Assembly: GCA_002633005.1 (NCBI GenBank)
Contig: NMRA01000146.1
Location: 770,670 to 834,669, forward strand
Origin: Phoronis australis
Taxonomy: Eukaryota; Animalia; Phoronida
Reading direction: 5' to 3'
Length of the DNA: 64,000 bases
Positions 25,301 to 37,566 of this stretch are shown here, one piece after another. A program made the position numbers and the translations under genes. Numbering within the stretch: the first letter of the stretch is position 1; every line of letters begins with the position of its first letter. A model generated the notes under the pieces. That model did not search any database and was not told the origin of the DNA. It worked only from the letters and a program-made list of their open reading frames with translations.

Positions 25301-27848
25301 TGGATTCGCTGGATCAGTTAGCCACAGAAATTTCGTGTAGTTGCGGTCAGCCTTATGTAACCGGATGTTTAAAAATGCTTTCTCGATATCGCTCGTGAAT
25401 GCCACTGTCTTTGTGCGAAAACGTATCAGGATCGAGACAAGATCACTCAGTAGGGGCGTTCCTGTTTCCAGACAGTCGTTGAGGCTTGGATTATGTTGAG
25501 TGGAACAGCTGCAATCGTAAACAATTCGAATGGGAGTAGTTGCACTGTCGTTCTTCTCTGAGTGTTGTGGTATGTAATGACCTACTGTGTTGTCATCAGC
25601 TACAGGCTCGATAAAATCTCTGTCTTATTGTTCCTGTATGATTCTGTGATAAATCTGACGTGTGTTGTCACCAAGTCGACGAACCATGGATCGTGTACGG
25701 GCCTGGGTGACAGCGTAATTGGTGGGCAACGGGTTGTGGTCAGCTTTCCAGGGCAATCGGGCAGTATATTTTCCATCATCATCTCGTGTGATACTGTTGG
25801 CGCAGTAGTCATTTAAGTCGAACTTTTCATCCTTAGTGTTGTCACTGATGCCAATTGCTTCCAAATCCCAATAAATGGAAGCCATTTTCTCGTCTGGGTG
25901 TGAATCAACAGTAACTTTCATGCAGGTAGTGTTGACCATCAGTGCGGTATCAGTTGGAGTATTTATTGGTCCTGACAATAAATATCCGAGTTTAGAATCG
26001 ACAGCAGTGGGTCCTGGACCTCTAAGTGTAGTGTCCCCGACAATTGACCAGTAATAATCAGCTCCAATCAGTAAATCAATGTCGAAGTTAGGATCTGTTA
26101 CATGGGAAGCAGTAGGTAGATACTTCAGGTAATCGTGGTGAGCCATCACAGTCGGGACAAAATTCTTGATGGGCGTTGAAATTTTCGGCACAATAATAGC
26201 CGACAAATTCACAGTACCTTGGCGTGTGTCCAGTTCCAGTGTTGTTATGGCGTTCTGATGTGGAGTTGACTTGTCATCACCAAATGTTGACAGGTTAATC
26301 GTTTCCCTTGGGCAGTTGTTTGGATTGATGTGCAATCGCTGGGCAGCTTGTTGGGTCACAAAAGTACGTTGTGAACCCTCATCGAGCAGTCACTTGGATC
26401 TGAGTTGAGCCATTCTTGATAGTGGCGGACGCAGTTTTCAGCAGTATTGGTCCAGACGTTAGAGTTAACTTGACATGGGTGTCCTTGGGGGTGGGACCTG
26501 TTGGCGCAGTACTCGTGGATTGTGGTGTAGGTTGAGTGGTCTCTCTCGTTGTGTTTCCAGTTATAGTACTAGTAGTCTGACAAATCGTGGTGTGATGCTT
26601 CTGTCCACACGTGCGGCATGAAAACTTAGATTGACAGTCTTTCTTGATGTGTTTGTTGGACAAACAATTGAAGCACAGTCGATCGCGTTTCAAAATCTCC
26701 ATTCGTTTAGTCACATCTGTGATGACGGTACAGGTATGGGTTTGATGGCTTTGTTTACAATAAACACATCTTGGTTGGCGTGGCCTTGGGGGACCGGATG
26801 GGCGGAAGCGGGCATTCACATGGAAACTTGAGGTAGAAAAATGTTCAGTCGTACTCACATCATGATTTTGCGATGACTCTCCAGCAGAGTTGGCGTCAAT
26901 TTCTTTCAACAGGGCGGTCATTAGTTGTTGGAGGGTCCATGAATCACCAGCGTGATCTCGGTGCAATTGTGTCTTGACTTGAGGCGGAATTTTTCGCTGT
27001 ATTATTGAGACGATCATGTCGCTGTCCGCTGCTTTTCCAAGGGTTTTCAGTCCTCGAATATAAGTTCAAATGCTGTCGTGGAACTTTCTGAGGCTGTTAA
27101 CATCAATGCTCGGCTGCTTCAAATCCAGAATCGCCTGCATATATGAATTCACAAGCAATTCTGTTCTTCCGTACCTTGTTTTTAGGAGGTCTATGGCTTC
27201 ATCATAGCTCGCATTAGTTAGTGGTAGTCCCTCTATAACTTTGGCTGCATCTCCAGAAAGTTGAGCTCGCAGGTATTGCAGTTTCTGTACAGGGGCAAGA
27301 CTCGTGTCGGCGTTAACGGCGGCATTGAAGTGATCTAAAAACGTCAGCCATTGTAGTATATTACCGCTGAATGTTGGTAGTTGAAGTTTGGGGAGGTTGA
27401 ATCGCTTGGTCGCTAGTGTGCTGGAGGCTGTGGCTGTGCTTGTGGCGGCGACTGCAGGCGCTGTTGTGTCCACGGATCCTGGGTGCGTAGGGGGGCTTTC
27501 ATGGGCTGCTCCTGTCAGTAGACTTCCTGCCATTGGGAGGGAGGTTGTGACACCTTGCTTCTTGTCTCGTTGCTGCCTTAGGTTCAATAGTGTCATGTTG
27601 ACGTTGTCGAAGTACTCGGCCGACTCTTCATAAAAGGCTTCGATGTCTGTCGTTGGGGTGGTGTCGGCGATCTCGTCGTCTAGCTTGTTGAGTAGTTTCA
27701 CTTTGTCGCCGCAGAGTTGAATATGTGCATTGACTGCATCCAATTTTTCAGTGGTAATATTCTCTTGCTGTAGAATATCACGTGCAGCGGCAAGGTTTTG
27801 AGTGATCTTACCGCGGTGTGCTCTCCTCTTGTTCATGAGTTTCTCCAT
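22334..27848 (-). pseudogene. BEL/Pao gag-pol polyprotein with a few stops and frameshifts
   Basis: LPKLQLPTFSG gag, three Zn knuckles, LLDEGSQRTF protease (frameshifted), SDIEKAF/YVDN RT, FCDAS RNase H, HGLLKH..CVRC, VDFTG..SDNA..YERLIG integrase. Breaks near 27066, 26380 and 25625. Confidence 0.95.
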
Positions 27849-27850
27849 CT

Positions 27851-27867
27851 CGTGTCACTTGGCACCA
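27851..27867 (-). promoter_or_regulatory. Primer binding site, tRNA-His-like (imperfect)
   Basis: TGGTGCCAAGTGACACG begins 5 nt after the 5' LTR; compare the tRNA-His complement TGGTGCCGTGACTCGG. Confidence 0.65.
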
Positions 27868-27872
27868 ACAAA

Positions 27873-28297
27873 TGTGGGGTGTGTGATGAGGTTGTAGACT
27901 GCTGGGGAGTCTAACCGGTTCGTTGCTTGTTAGATGGAGATAAAAACTGACTACATCGATTGAAGGCTATAAGAACACACAAAGTTTATTGGCTCTAACT
28001 ACAATATATATAGCAACTCAAAATATGTGTGGGTTTTGGGTGTATTTGAGTCAGTTCCTATGACGTCAACACAAATAGTAAACTTTTATGAATGGAATTC
28101 CACAATCTCGTCCTGGCATGCCATATATGGAAAATGACTTGTTTACCAGACAACCAGATGCACTGAAACAAAAACATTGATATGCTGAGGTCACTACTCA
28201 CAGGAACTATTATGTAACAACTCTTCCTTTTGCCAGAGTTAAATGAAAATACAGGATATGACTCACTTTCACTTGATCATCATGAGAATTCATGACA
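27873..28297 (-). repeat. 5' LTR of BEL/Pao element 2
   Basis: Direct repeat of 21768-22192. Confidence 0.97.
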
Positions 28298-28651
28298 TTA
28301 TGCAAGTTTCACTGTGCGTAACAACATTTAACATGTTGACTGGTGAGAGTTCACTTGGGTACATTGTGACCTATGCCGGGGGTTATTCCAGATAGGGTGC
28401 TAGTAGTGGGATCGGAATGTCCTTTCGCATTCAATAACCTAGATCTTCCCGACAAACCTGAGCAAATCAGTCAAAATAGGCAATACAATAGTTACATTGG
28501 TGTTCTTAATTTTGAGAACCAGGCACATGCGCGCACCCAGGGGAGGCTCGAACAAGCACCCCCCCCCCACTTGCCGAAGTAGGCATGAAAAGGTCAGCCT
28601 CATAGAAACAAAAAAATTGAGAAAACGAGACACATGTCCACTAAAAAGCTG

Positions 28652-29438
28652 GGTAATTGTTTACAATATGACGACAATAAGTTGCACATATGATTTTGGT
28701 ATCGTTAGATTCCTCATGCTGTCACCTTTCCAAAAATTTATGAATTGATCCCCTACCGCGTTTCCTTCATATTTTATCGTCGAATTTCAGTTAGCACTAT
28801 TTCCCGGTGGACACCGCCATGTTAGTTCAACTCAAGATAACAGCGACACCTATTATTATTGAATGAAACAGCATCATTGATTCTGAATGGTGGTTGCCCG
28901 CGCGGGATTCCCGCTAAAGTTTTCCTGACATAATATGGTGCATGCACAAGGAGAAGTATTTTACCTTTTCCATTTTTTTAGAATTGTGACCATTCAGTGA
29001 CCATTTTTACATGAAATTGTCTGAAGTGATACTTTTTTCACAAATCTGGACCTCAAAAACAACCTCCGCTTTTTGGCAGATTCTTGCTAGCAGATGCGTA
29101 TATCAGGGTCACCATAGGATCGAATTCGAACCCTTGGTTACGTAACTCGAGCAGTGGATTGACGGGTCTCGGTCAATTTGAACTTATGAAAAGCGACGAT
29201 CTGCAAGTCGGTACATTAGTTCAGTTTTTGACCACCAGGTGACTCCTTATCCATTCAAAATGGAGGTATTACTACCGAGTACCAGGAAATAGTGCGAGCA
29301 GAAATTTCACGACAAAAAAACTAAGGGAACAGGGTAGGACAAATTTCTACGTACATTTAGAAAGATAACATTGCGAGGAATCGAACGATACCAAAATCAT
29401 ATGTCTAAGTCTTTGTCGTCATATTGTAAACAATTACC
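28652..29438. mobile_element. Non-autonomous DNA transposon (MITE), Merlin-like
   Basis: About 160-bp imperfect TIRs starting GGTAATTGTTTACAATATGACGAC; 8-bp TSD AAAAGCTG (28644-28651, 29439-29446); no ORF. Confidence 0.8.
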
Positions 29439-30609
29439 AAAAGCTGTAATTCAGGAATGCACTGTGCACAGCTCTGAACATACCCCATTTTTTTTAGTAA
29501 AAGGTCAATATGCCCAAAATTGTTAGCACCCCCTATATATTTTAGGATGGGTGCGTGGATGAGGCAAGTGAACCTTGCAAATTATTGACCTGTAGTGATA
29601 TGAGATTTCAAAATCAGGAGCTTCCAAGAATTACTACGAACATAGACATAAGCACACACAACCAATGCCAATATACCCAACTTGGGAAATCATTACATTT
29701 TACCTTGGTAGTCCCCCCCTCCTTGCATTGATCACACTGGCAAAACCTCAGAAGACAGAAATATAATAGAGTAATAGCCTTATGTGAACGTTATGGCTTC
29801 CTCTGATGAACCTCCAGATGTATATTACGCGTTAGAAGTTTAGATAATTCACACACAGAATGAGTCCAAGTCGGTATGTGACAGCGTGACTCGTTCGTGG
29901 CTGACAATAACAACTGAACTTAACACGTTCGTTGGAAATCACACCACCCATTGTTGCCAATCGATTTTAGAACGCTCTCTGGCACTAACCTGACTTCCAA
30001 AACTTGTGAAATGTCTTCTTGCTGGCTCTGCCCGTAGAAATATAAACTTCATTGTCGCGGGCTAGCCAACACACGACTTTTTCTTCGAAGTTGACTGTCG
30101 TTATAAAATTCAAACTGTTGACTTCCGGTGGAAACTGCCTTACGAATACAACTCAACACAAAGGAAACTTGCACAATAACTACGTTTTTTAAGAATTGCA
30201 TGAGCTCTATTGATTAGATTGCACTGACCAGGTCAGTGTCTCAGGGGATTAACACTGGGTGCATTCTTACTGCTGTTGGTCACCGGATGTTCGTCTACAT
30301 TTAATTTCACGCGCGATAATGAATACGTAATTGCACTAAATCAGTACTGGTTAAACTTTCGTCCTTTTACGGTTTGTATCTATATAAATGTTAAGGAAAC
30401 ATTTGCGCAACATTTTTATGAGATGATGGGTGTTGCATGAGCAAATAATTATTTTTTGTTGGAAAATAATGGGAAATTTTTTGCACCAAAAATTAAAAAA
30501 TATCTCACTATATTCAAATTTTAAAAACTAGAAAACGTAAATTTTCATCACATAGAAACCTTAGTGTTTTTAAAAAATTCAAGTTTTCCACACATGAATA
30601 AATCCAGTT

Positions 30610-30901
30610 TTCTGAAAAACTTAAGAAGTCAGGAAAACTTAAGATTCTATAATTGGAAAAACTTAAGTTTGGTGATAAACTTAAGTTATCAGAAAAACTT
30701 AAGTTTTGTTAGTTCAAACAACTTAAGTTATTACTTGAAACTTAAGTTTATTTGGGAAAACTTAAGTTTTACACCTGAAAAAACTTAAGTTTTTTGAAAA
30801 ACTTAAGTTTTCTGAAAAACTTAACATTGTGCTGAAAAACTTAAGTTTTTCCTCTAAAACTTAAGTTTTCAGCGAAAAACTTAAGTTCGTTTTTGTAAGG
30901 G
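30610..30901. repeat. Tandem array of the palindrome AAAACTTAAGTTTT (~20-bp period, ~14 copies)
   Basis: Seen directly; ends at TTTTTGTAAGGG (reverse complement CCCTTACAAAAA), possibly an EnSpm/CACTA-like terminus. Confidence 0.85.
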
Positions 30902-33384
30902 AAGACACGACCTCAAGTGTTTTCATGCAGCGGAATGCTCAACAAGCATCACGCATGTGCGCTCATCCGTTATTGCTCTTGATGATCACTTCATCACGCT
31001 GTATATTGCGATTTACCGCAGATAATTATTGCTTATTTCTGTATAATTTCTTAATATGTTGGTACACCAATAGAACCCAATTTTATTTTTGAAACATCAT
31101 AACCAATGGCTTGAACATAGCGTCGATATTAAATCATAAGCGCATGAAAACGGAAGACTGATCGGTTTATAGTGTCACCCATCATCCATCATCATTCAGA
31201 AATTGTTGTCACTTTCGCAGTAAAACATCTTTTCGAAACTAGAGCCTTCCTATGTAGCCGGCTAGTTGCATGAAGACTATTTTCAAAACACAGCAAGGTG
31301 CCACTGCTTATTGAGACCAAACAGACCTTGATACTTCACACAGCCCGGATAGTTACGTTTGTCACCTCGTCGAAAAGCTTGTATCAACATAAGCTCAATA
31401 CTGGCGGGTGTGCATGCAAAATCTGGAAGTCAATTGGCATTCAAGTTGCCCGTTACGGCCGTTTAAGTGGGAGAAATCCGACGTCATCTTCTTGCGTAAT
31501 TCTCTGCCTTTTTAGCGAAAAAACGTATATCGTCGTTTTGAAAAAAGTTCATTGTGACACGCGACACTTCCAGAATGTTTTCAACATCTCCCATTAGATG
31601 ATGAAAACATCTCAGCAAAATTTGTTCTAAAATTCGGTTCACTGATATCAAAATTCCAAAAACATAACGAAGTGAAACCAATTCTGTTCATTTGTTGTGA
31701 CGTTTACGTAACCTCGAGGGAGAACGTTTGATAGAAGAATCTGGGAAAAAGAAACTGGCTAAAAGGTGACGCAATATTTCATTGGGGCGAAAGTCGACGC
31801 ATAAGATCACAACATAAATTAGCAGCAGAATAATTGTAGAAAACCATTTTTGCAACGCTGGTGAATAATTTAGTTTACTCTAGGAAGATTTTATTCGGTC
31901 AGTTTTTACCCACAATGGCGCAAATTTGTATATTTAATTTAGTAAACAGATTCGCACCAAGGCTACAGCCTTCCGAGCCCTTTCGCGTAAGAACACAATA
32001 CTTGGCGTTTCGCGTATACTCCAAGAAGTAAAACTTTGAAAATAATATTTTCGGGGTAACCTGGTACATGTAATCCTAACAAAAGTAGTCTGTGTTTTCA
32101 TGTAGAGCGTAAAATGATTAACCCATTGATTCAAAAAGAACACTCTCGCAAACGAAAACGCACACAATTTTGAGCTATATTATACTGGTTAAAAAACAAC
32201 TTTTATAAGTTTATTGCATCGGATTCTAGTGATCACAGGGCAAGTCAAAACTCTTAAAGGGGCGCAATTTCAAACCTTTGGCATGAATCAGTGATATAAA
32301 AATGGAAATACATGTAGACCGACTTTAGTTCATCAGCAATCTAGACACAACAGTTACAGACACTCACTGCGTTTGTTAACGTCTTGTGGCAATGATGGAA
32401 ATAATTTTTTCTACTATGATTGATAACAGATTTTACTCTGATGAGGTATGATGCAATATGCACGTCTGATATGCAGAGTCAGCAGGTGCAAAAATATTTA
32501 CTGGGTTTAATGAATCCGTTTGTTATGAACCACTGCAAAAGTATAATTACTAATTGTACATTCGAAGCACGCCTCATTAGAATAAAAACATACACATGCT
32601 TGATGATCCTGGGAGTACCTCTTTTACAAGGAATGAATGAAGATATATAGTTGTTAAGCCATAGAGGATAATAAAGCTTAGATAATATCACACTGAGCCA
32701 TGTACACGAGGCATATACAAAGGATACAGTATTTCAAAAGAAGCCTCAACTACTCATTTTTCATAGTCATAACTACTCATTTTTCATAGTATTACTAAAT
32801 CACGAACACCTAGATTTATGTCAGAAGTTACATAGTAGCAAAACATGCAAACTCTCCAAGACCAAAAATAAATATCTCAAAACCAGACATTTTACTTAAG
32901 CAGGAATAAAAACAATCCAATAGATTGCGATTGTTTTCACACAGAAGCTAGACCAAAAAAAAACAAATAAAGACTAAAATTCACCACGTCAAGTCAACAC
33001 GTCACCATACCCAAGCATTGATCTTTCAAAGTGATACTGTCCGTACTATACAAAACAAGGGCTATATGTTCAACCTCTCGCCGACAACAGACATATTATC
33101 TTCGAAATGGTGCTGAATTTCTGTCGTCTAATCCACGTTTTACAATAGATGCCAATGTATAGGTACACACTGGATTGTCATCATTGCATAATGGGTGATC
33201 ACGTAGTCTCCGGGCATGAAAACAATTCTCTCCTGGCGTGATAAGTTTTCTAACGCAATAAAACCTGGTTGCCAATTGTTTTTGATTCTACAGAGATTTC
33301 AATTCCTGAATAGAAAATGTGTGTTCTGGATTTTTCCGCTTCAGCTTTCCATTCAGGTAACTAGTGCACAGCACAGTGTTTTTA

Positions 33385-33549
33385 CTATCCACTGCAACGA
33401 ATCACTTCTGGTACAATCTTTCGTAAACGACTTTCGTATTTTGCACATATCTTCGGGGTAACAGTTTTCCAAGAGCTATATATTCATTGGACAAGTTTCT
33501 GTTTGGTAATCGGTTTTATTTTCTGTCTCAGGTAGTCCTTGAGCTCATG
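33385..33549 (-). pseudogene. C-terminal remnant of an IS630/Tc1/mariner transposase
   Basis: HELKDYLRQKIKPITKQKLVQ*IYSSWKTVTPKICAKYESRLRKIVPEVIRCSG matches the segment after the catalytic E (W-x-ELK...L...W...C...VI...G) of Tc1-like transposases. Confidence 0.7.
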
Positions 33550-35054
33550 CTCTGAATGTTTTGAAAACGCAACTCTTTATTTACGCAGATACGTTTTCCT
33601 GCCCGTGGGCACCGACTCGCTGAATTCACCAACCAAACATTTATTTTTGAAAATGCACTCAAAAGTGTAGTTAAAACACCGTGTTGATCATAGTCGTCAG
33701 TGCAGAAAAGCGAAATGAACAAATTTGTACACACTGCTCAAAGCACTTTTGTGGACATACGGAAACGCCAACGTCTCTGTCTTACAACTCTGCGTGTGCT
33801 TGGCATTTCTGATCAAAGCGCTCTCATGCTGGAAACTTTATTAAGACTGAGCACCGTTTCAAAAAATTGTATTTTTTCTTACAGCTGAGCACAGAATTAT
33901 TATGCGATTTTAGGACTGAAACGGAACCAAATCTCGAGTGGTGACTCATTAGAATGTGCAAAATTCGGGGAGGGGGGTGGCTGGCAATACAAGCATGATT
34001 TTTTTATTTTCGCGCCAAACATGTAGTTACCACTTCTCATTCAGCGTCACTTACTACCTGAGGTGGCCAGATCATACATGTACGCTATCAAGATCACCAG
34101 ACGCTTTGCTTCTCAAAAGTGCACCTTTGTGTATTTTCTATCATTTTTTGCCATCGCAATCGCTTTACCAAAGTTTCACGCACATATGCCGCGTAGAGAC
34201 AAATACCTCTTCACCACGTATTCACATCTTGCCGTTCACAATTGTTTTATTTTGCATAATTTGTCAATATGTTGTTGACAGAAAATATTTATTTTTGGAA
34301 CAACGTGAACGACCAACTGATAGGGGACTACGTGTATACAGCACATGTAACTGCTAGCCCAGATACACTGAAAACGGAATGCGCAAGGCTACTTTGCTGT
34401 AGCCTCAACAGTGGTGATGTCACCGTCTTAGTTCGTGGAAACCGTAACCATAATATGATTTCGAAGTTAGAGCCATCGAAGTCCGTGGGTTTAGGGCATA
34501 CTGGACCGTCAATTTCGCGTCTGTACTACAAGGGTCAATACTATGAAAATATATCCCTGGAGTGAGAGCTTTTCGCGGTGTAAGAACTCACTCACTAATC
34601 CATCATCATGGGCGCGTGACAGGAGACCGGTGACTAACTTAAAAAAACGCAAAAAGATGCAGTTTGGCGTTACACAAACAACTTGAAATCAACTGCGGGC
34701 GAAGACTGCTAAAATAGCTGCGTTTACAAAATGACTACAGCGTTGTATTGCCCGGGAAGCAACCGATCTAATACATCTTGTTAACGTCACGAGTCAAATT
34801 AAAGATCAAATGTAAAGAAAACTTTCACGTTTTTCGACCAAAACTTGTTGCATTGTCCATAATCCAATGTTTACTATTACCGCTTGCTTTCAACCTTCGA
34901 ATTAGTGGTATTACACAACCGACGTGAACTCATGTAACCGAGACAGTAAAACTAGGTTAATTTGTTTGACCCTGTGCTAAGACGAATATGCATCGACACA
35001 CAAAGTGGTATGAGCCAGACAACCTATTACGCTACTGCTACTCTAGCCTAAAAA

Positions 35055-35263
35055 TAGCAGCCGACCAGCTGGTCGGCTGATGGCCGGTCGGCTGAAGGGT
35101 CGGCTGAAGGGTCGGCTGGGGAGTCGCCTTATGAGTCGGCACTGCGGGCGGATGCCGGTCGGCTAATTTTTAGCCGACCTGTCGGCAAATTAGCCGACCG
35201 GTCGACGGCTAGTCGTCGACCAATTTCCGACCGGGCGGCCAAAAATTCGTGATGTGTGCTGTA
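35055..35263. repeat. GCCGAC/GTCGGC-rich transposon end, copy 1
   Basis: Clustered gccgacc/ggtcggctga motifs ending caatttcc..atgtgtgctgta; similar block at 37190-37395. Confidence 0.55.
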
Positions 35264-35603
35264 CATGAGTAGCCAGACCCCAACTGTGCTGCACTCCTTG
35301 TTCAAGGCTTAAAATAGCTTTGAATTACAATACACGTGCACGAGAAAACGCACCACTGCAAGAAACCTATGTAAGTAACTCGGACAAACTCATAAAAAAT
35401 GGGAACTGGGCCGCATAGTAGGCCCTGTCCTACCCGCCCCATTGATAAACGTTGTATCTCGCCGCAGGGTCTCCCCCACCAAAGCCGACGGGGATTGCCG
35501 CAAGATATCCCACTTATACCCAGTGTTGTGTATCTCATGTTGTCAAATAAAGTAGACACCCCATTAACTACGCAGTGAAACGAACAGAATTGAACTGAAC
35601 ACT

Positions 35604-35795
35604 AGGAAAACTTACGAGTGAACGTACTGTTGCATGTGGCTGCGCCAACAGGAAGCTGGAGAAAAAGAACAAACAGCGCTACCATCAGACTTGGTGGGAA
35701 CTAACTAGGAGTTGGATATAAAGCATGAAGGGCTGTCTAATGTTACTTGCCCAAATAATAGGATTTATGTCAGAGTGCCATGAATCTCATTATTT
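35604..35795 (-). repeat. Second copy of the Ngaro-like A repeat
   Basis: Close match to 4026-4216 (aggaaaacttacgagtgaacgtactg...atctcattatt). Confidence 0.85.
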
Positions 35796-37189
35796 TAAAG
35801 GTCTTTTGAAGTTGTTCCATGACTTCGGAAAATCTCCGTGGTGAGCTGAACATTGGCTTCACCATTTGTCGCGATCTCATCAGAGTAAAATTTGTTATCA
35901 ATCATAGTAGAAACATTTATTTTTATCATTGCCACAAAACGTTTACAAAAACAGTCAGTGTCTGTAACTTCTGGGTATTTCTACATTGCTGATGAATAAA
36001 CGTCGGTCAAAATCAATAACACTGATCCATGCAAAAGGTTTTAAATCGCGCGCTTTTAAGAGCTTTGACTTGCCCTGATGATCACTAGAATCGATGCAAT
36101 AAAGGTATACAAGTTGTTTTTTAACCTGTGTAATCGAACTGCAAATAGAGTGCGTTTTCGTTTGCGAGAGTGTTCTTTTTGAATCACGGCTTAATCATTT
36201 TTTACGCTCTACATGAAAACACAAACTTCTTTCTTTAGGATTGCATATACCAAGTTACCCCGAAAATATTAGTTTAAAAGTTTTACACCTCGGAGTATAC
36301 GCGCAACGCCAAGCATTGGGTTCTTACTCCAAAGAGCTAGGAAGGATCTAGCCTTGTGCGAAAGTGTTACTAAATTAAACACACAAAATTGCGCCGTTGT
36401 GGGTAAAAACTGACAGAATGAAATCATCCTAGAATAATCTAAATCATTTACCGGCGTTCCAGAAATGGTTTTCTACAATTATTCTGCTGCTAAAGATGTG
36501 GTGTGATCTTATGCGTCGACTTTCGGCGCAATGAAACATTACGTCACCTGTTAGCCATTTTCTTTTTTCCAGATTCTTCAAACAAACGTTCTCCCTCGAG
36601 GTTGCGTAAACGTCACAACAAATGATCATATGTTTTTGAAATTTTGATATCAGAAAACCGCATTTTACAACAAATTTTGATGCGATGTTGTCATCATCTA
36701 TAGGGGGATGTCGAAAAAATCTGGAAGTGGCGCGTGTCACGAATGAACTCTTTTCAAAAAGAAGACAAACGTTTTTGTTATAAAATGACTTCGGATGTTT
36801 TTCGCTTAAACGGCCGTAACGGGCATGTTGAATGTCACTTGACCTGCATATTTTGCGAGCACACCGGCCGGTCTTTAGCTCATTTTGATACAAGCTTCAC
36901 GACGAGGTGACGAGCGTTACTATCCGGGCTGTGTGCAATGTCGAGGTCTGTCGGAGCTCAATACACAGTGGCACCTTGCTGTTTTTTGACAAAAGTCTTC
37001 GTAACTCTACCTGGCTAGATAGGAAGGTTATGGCTTCGAAACAATTTTCACTCCGATAGTGACAACAAATTCAAAATAGTCTTCATGCAACTAGCCGGCT
37101 ACATAGGAAGGCTCTAGTTTCGAAAAGATGTTTTACTGTTAAATGTTTGTTCGACCAAAGTTCACCCGCTAAATCATAAAATGGTAATT

Positions 37190-37395
37190 GCCGACCAAGG
37201 ACACGCTTATTCCAAATGGGTCGTCTACGCTAGGCAACCACTTTGCCGACCCAAGTGCCGACCGCAGAGGCGACTCAGCAGACGGCTCCTTGCCGACCGT
37301 TGCTGTTCGGCTGCTGGTCGGCTAGACGACCGGTCGTCGACCGGTCCTCTACCAATTTCCCACCGGTCGGACAGAAAGTCGTTATGTGTGCTGTA
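37190..37395. repeat. GCCGAC/GTCGGC-rich transposon end, copy 2
   Basis: Same motif content and the same terminal atgtgtgctgta as 35055-35263. Confidence 0.55.
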
Positions 37396-37464
37396 GGTTG
37401 CATCAGACTACAATCGTGGTATCCACTGGTAATCCAGTGATGGGTTATCCTACAGGACACAAAT

Positions 37465-37566
37465 TTCGGGACCGTTTGAAGCTTGTACGGTCCCTGAGCT
37501 GAAACGGTGGTTGCAGTTTCGCGAGGCTACCATTTCTGGGTTGAAACGACAGGCACTGATAGAGAG
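37465..37566 (+). pseudogene. SAP-domain exon remnant
   Basis: SGPFEACTVPELKRWLQFREATISGLKRQALIER then a gtttgt donor; fits the SAP consensus (TV-x-ELK..L..RG...SG.K..LI.R). Downstream exon decayed. Confidence 0.6.

Larger units (their letters stand above)
21768..28297 (-). mobile_element. Full-length BEL/Pao LTR retrotransposon 2
   Basis: 425-bp LTRs (21768-22192, 27873-28297; about 7 mismatches by eye), TSD TTATG (21763-21767, 28298-28302), PBS, PPT GGCCGGCGGAG, gag-pol domains. Confidence 0.97.
31199..37072. mobile_element. Foldback DNA element with ~1.25-kb diverged inverted repeats (31199-32445 / 35876-37072)
   Basis: Arms align in reverse complement throughout (e.g. cagcaaggtgccactg, gcccgttacggccgtttaag, ttctactatgattgataaca); internal Tc1-like transposase remnant. 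True termini and TSD not resolved. Confidence 0.8.

Noticed and set aside
30610-30901. CRISPR-like repeat-spacer array
   Set aside because: Repeats are 14 bp with 5-8-nt linkers, there are no cas genes, and the context is eukaryotic.
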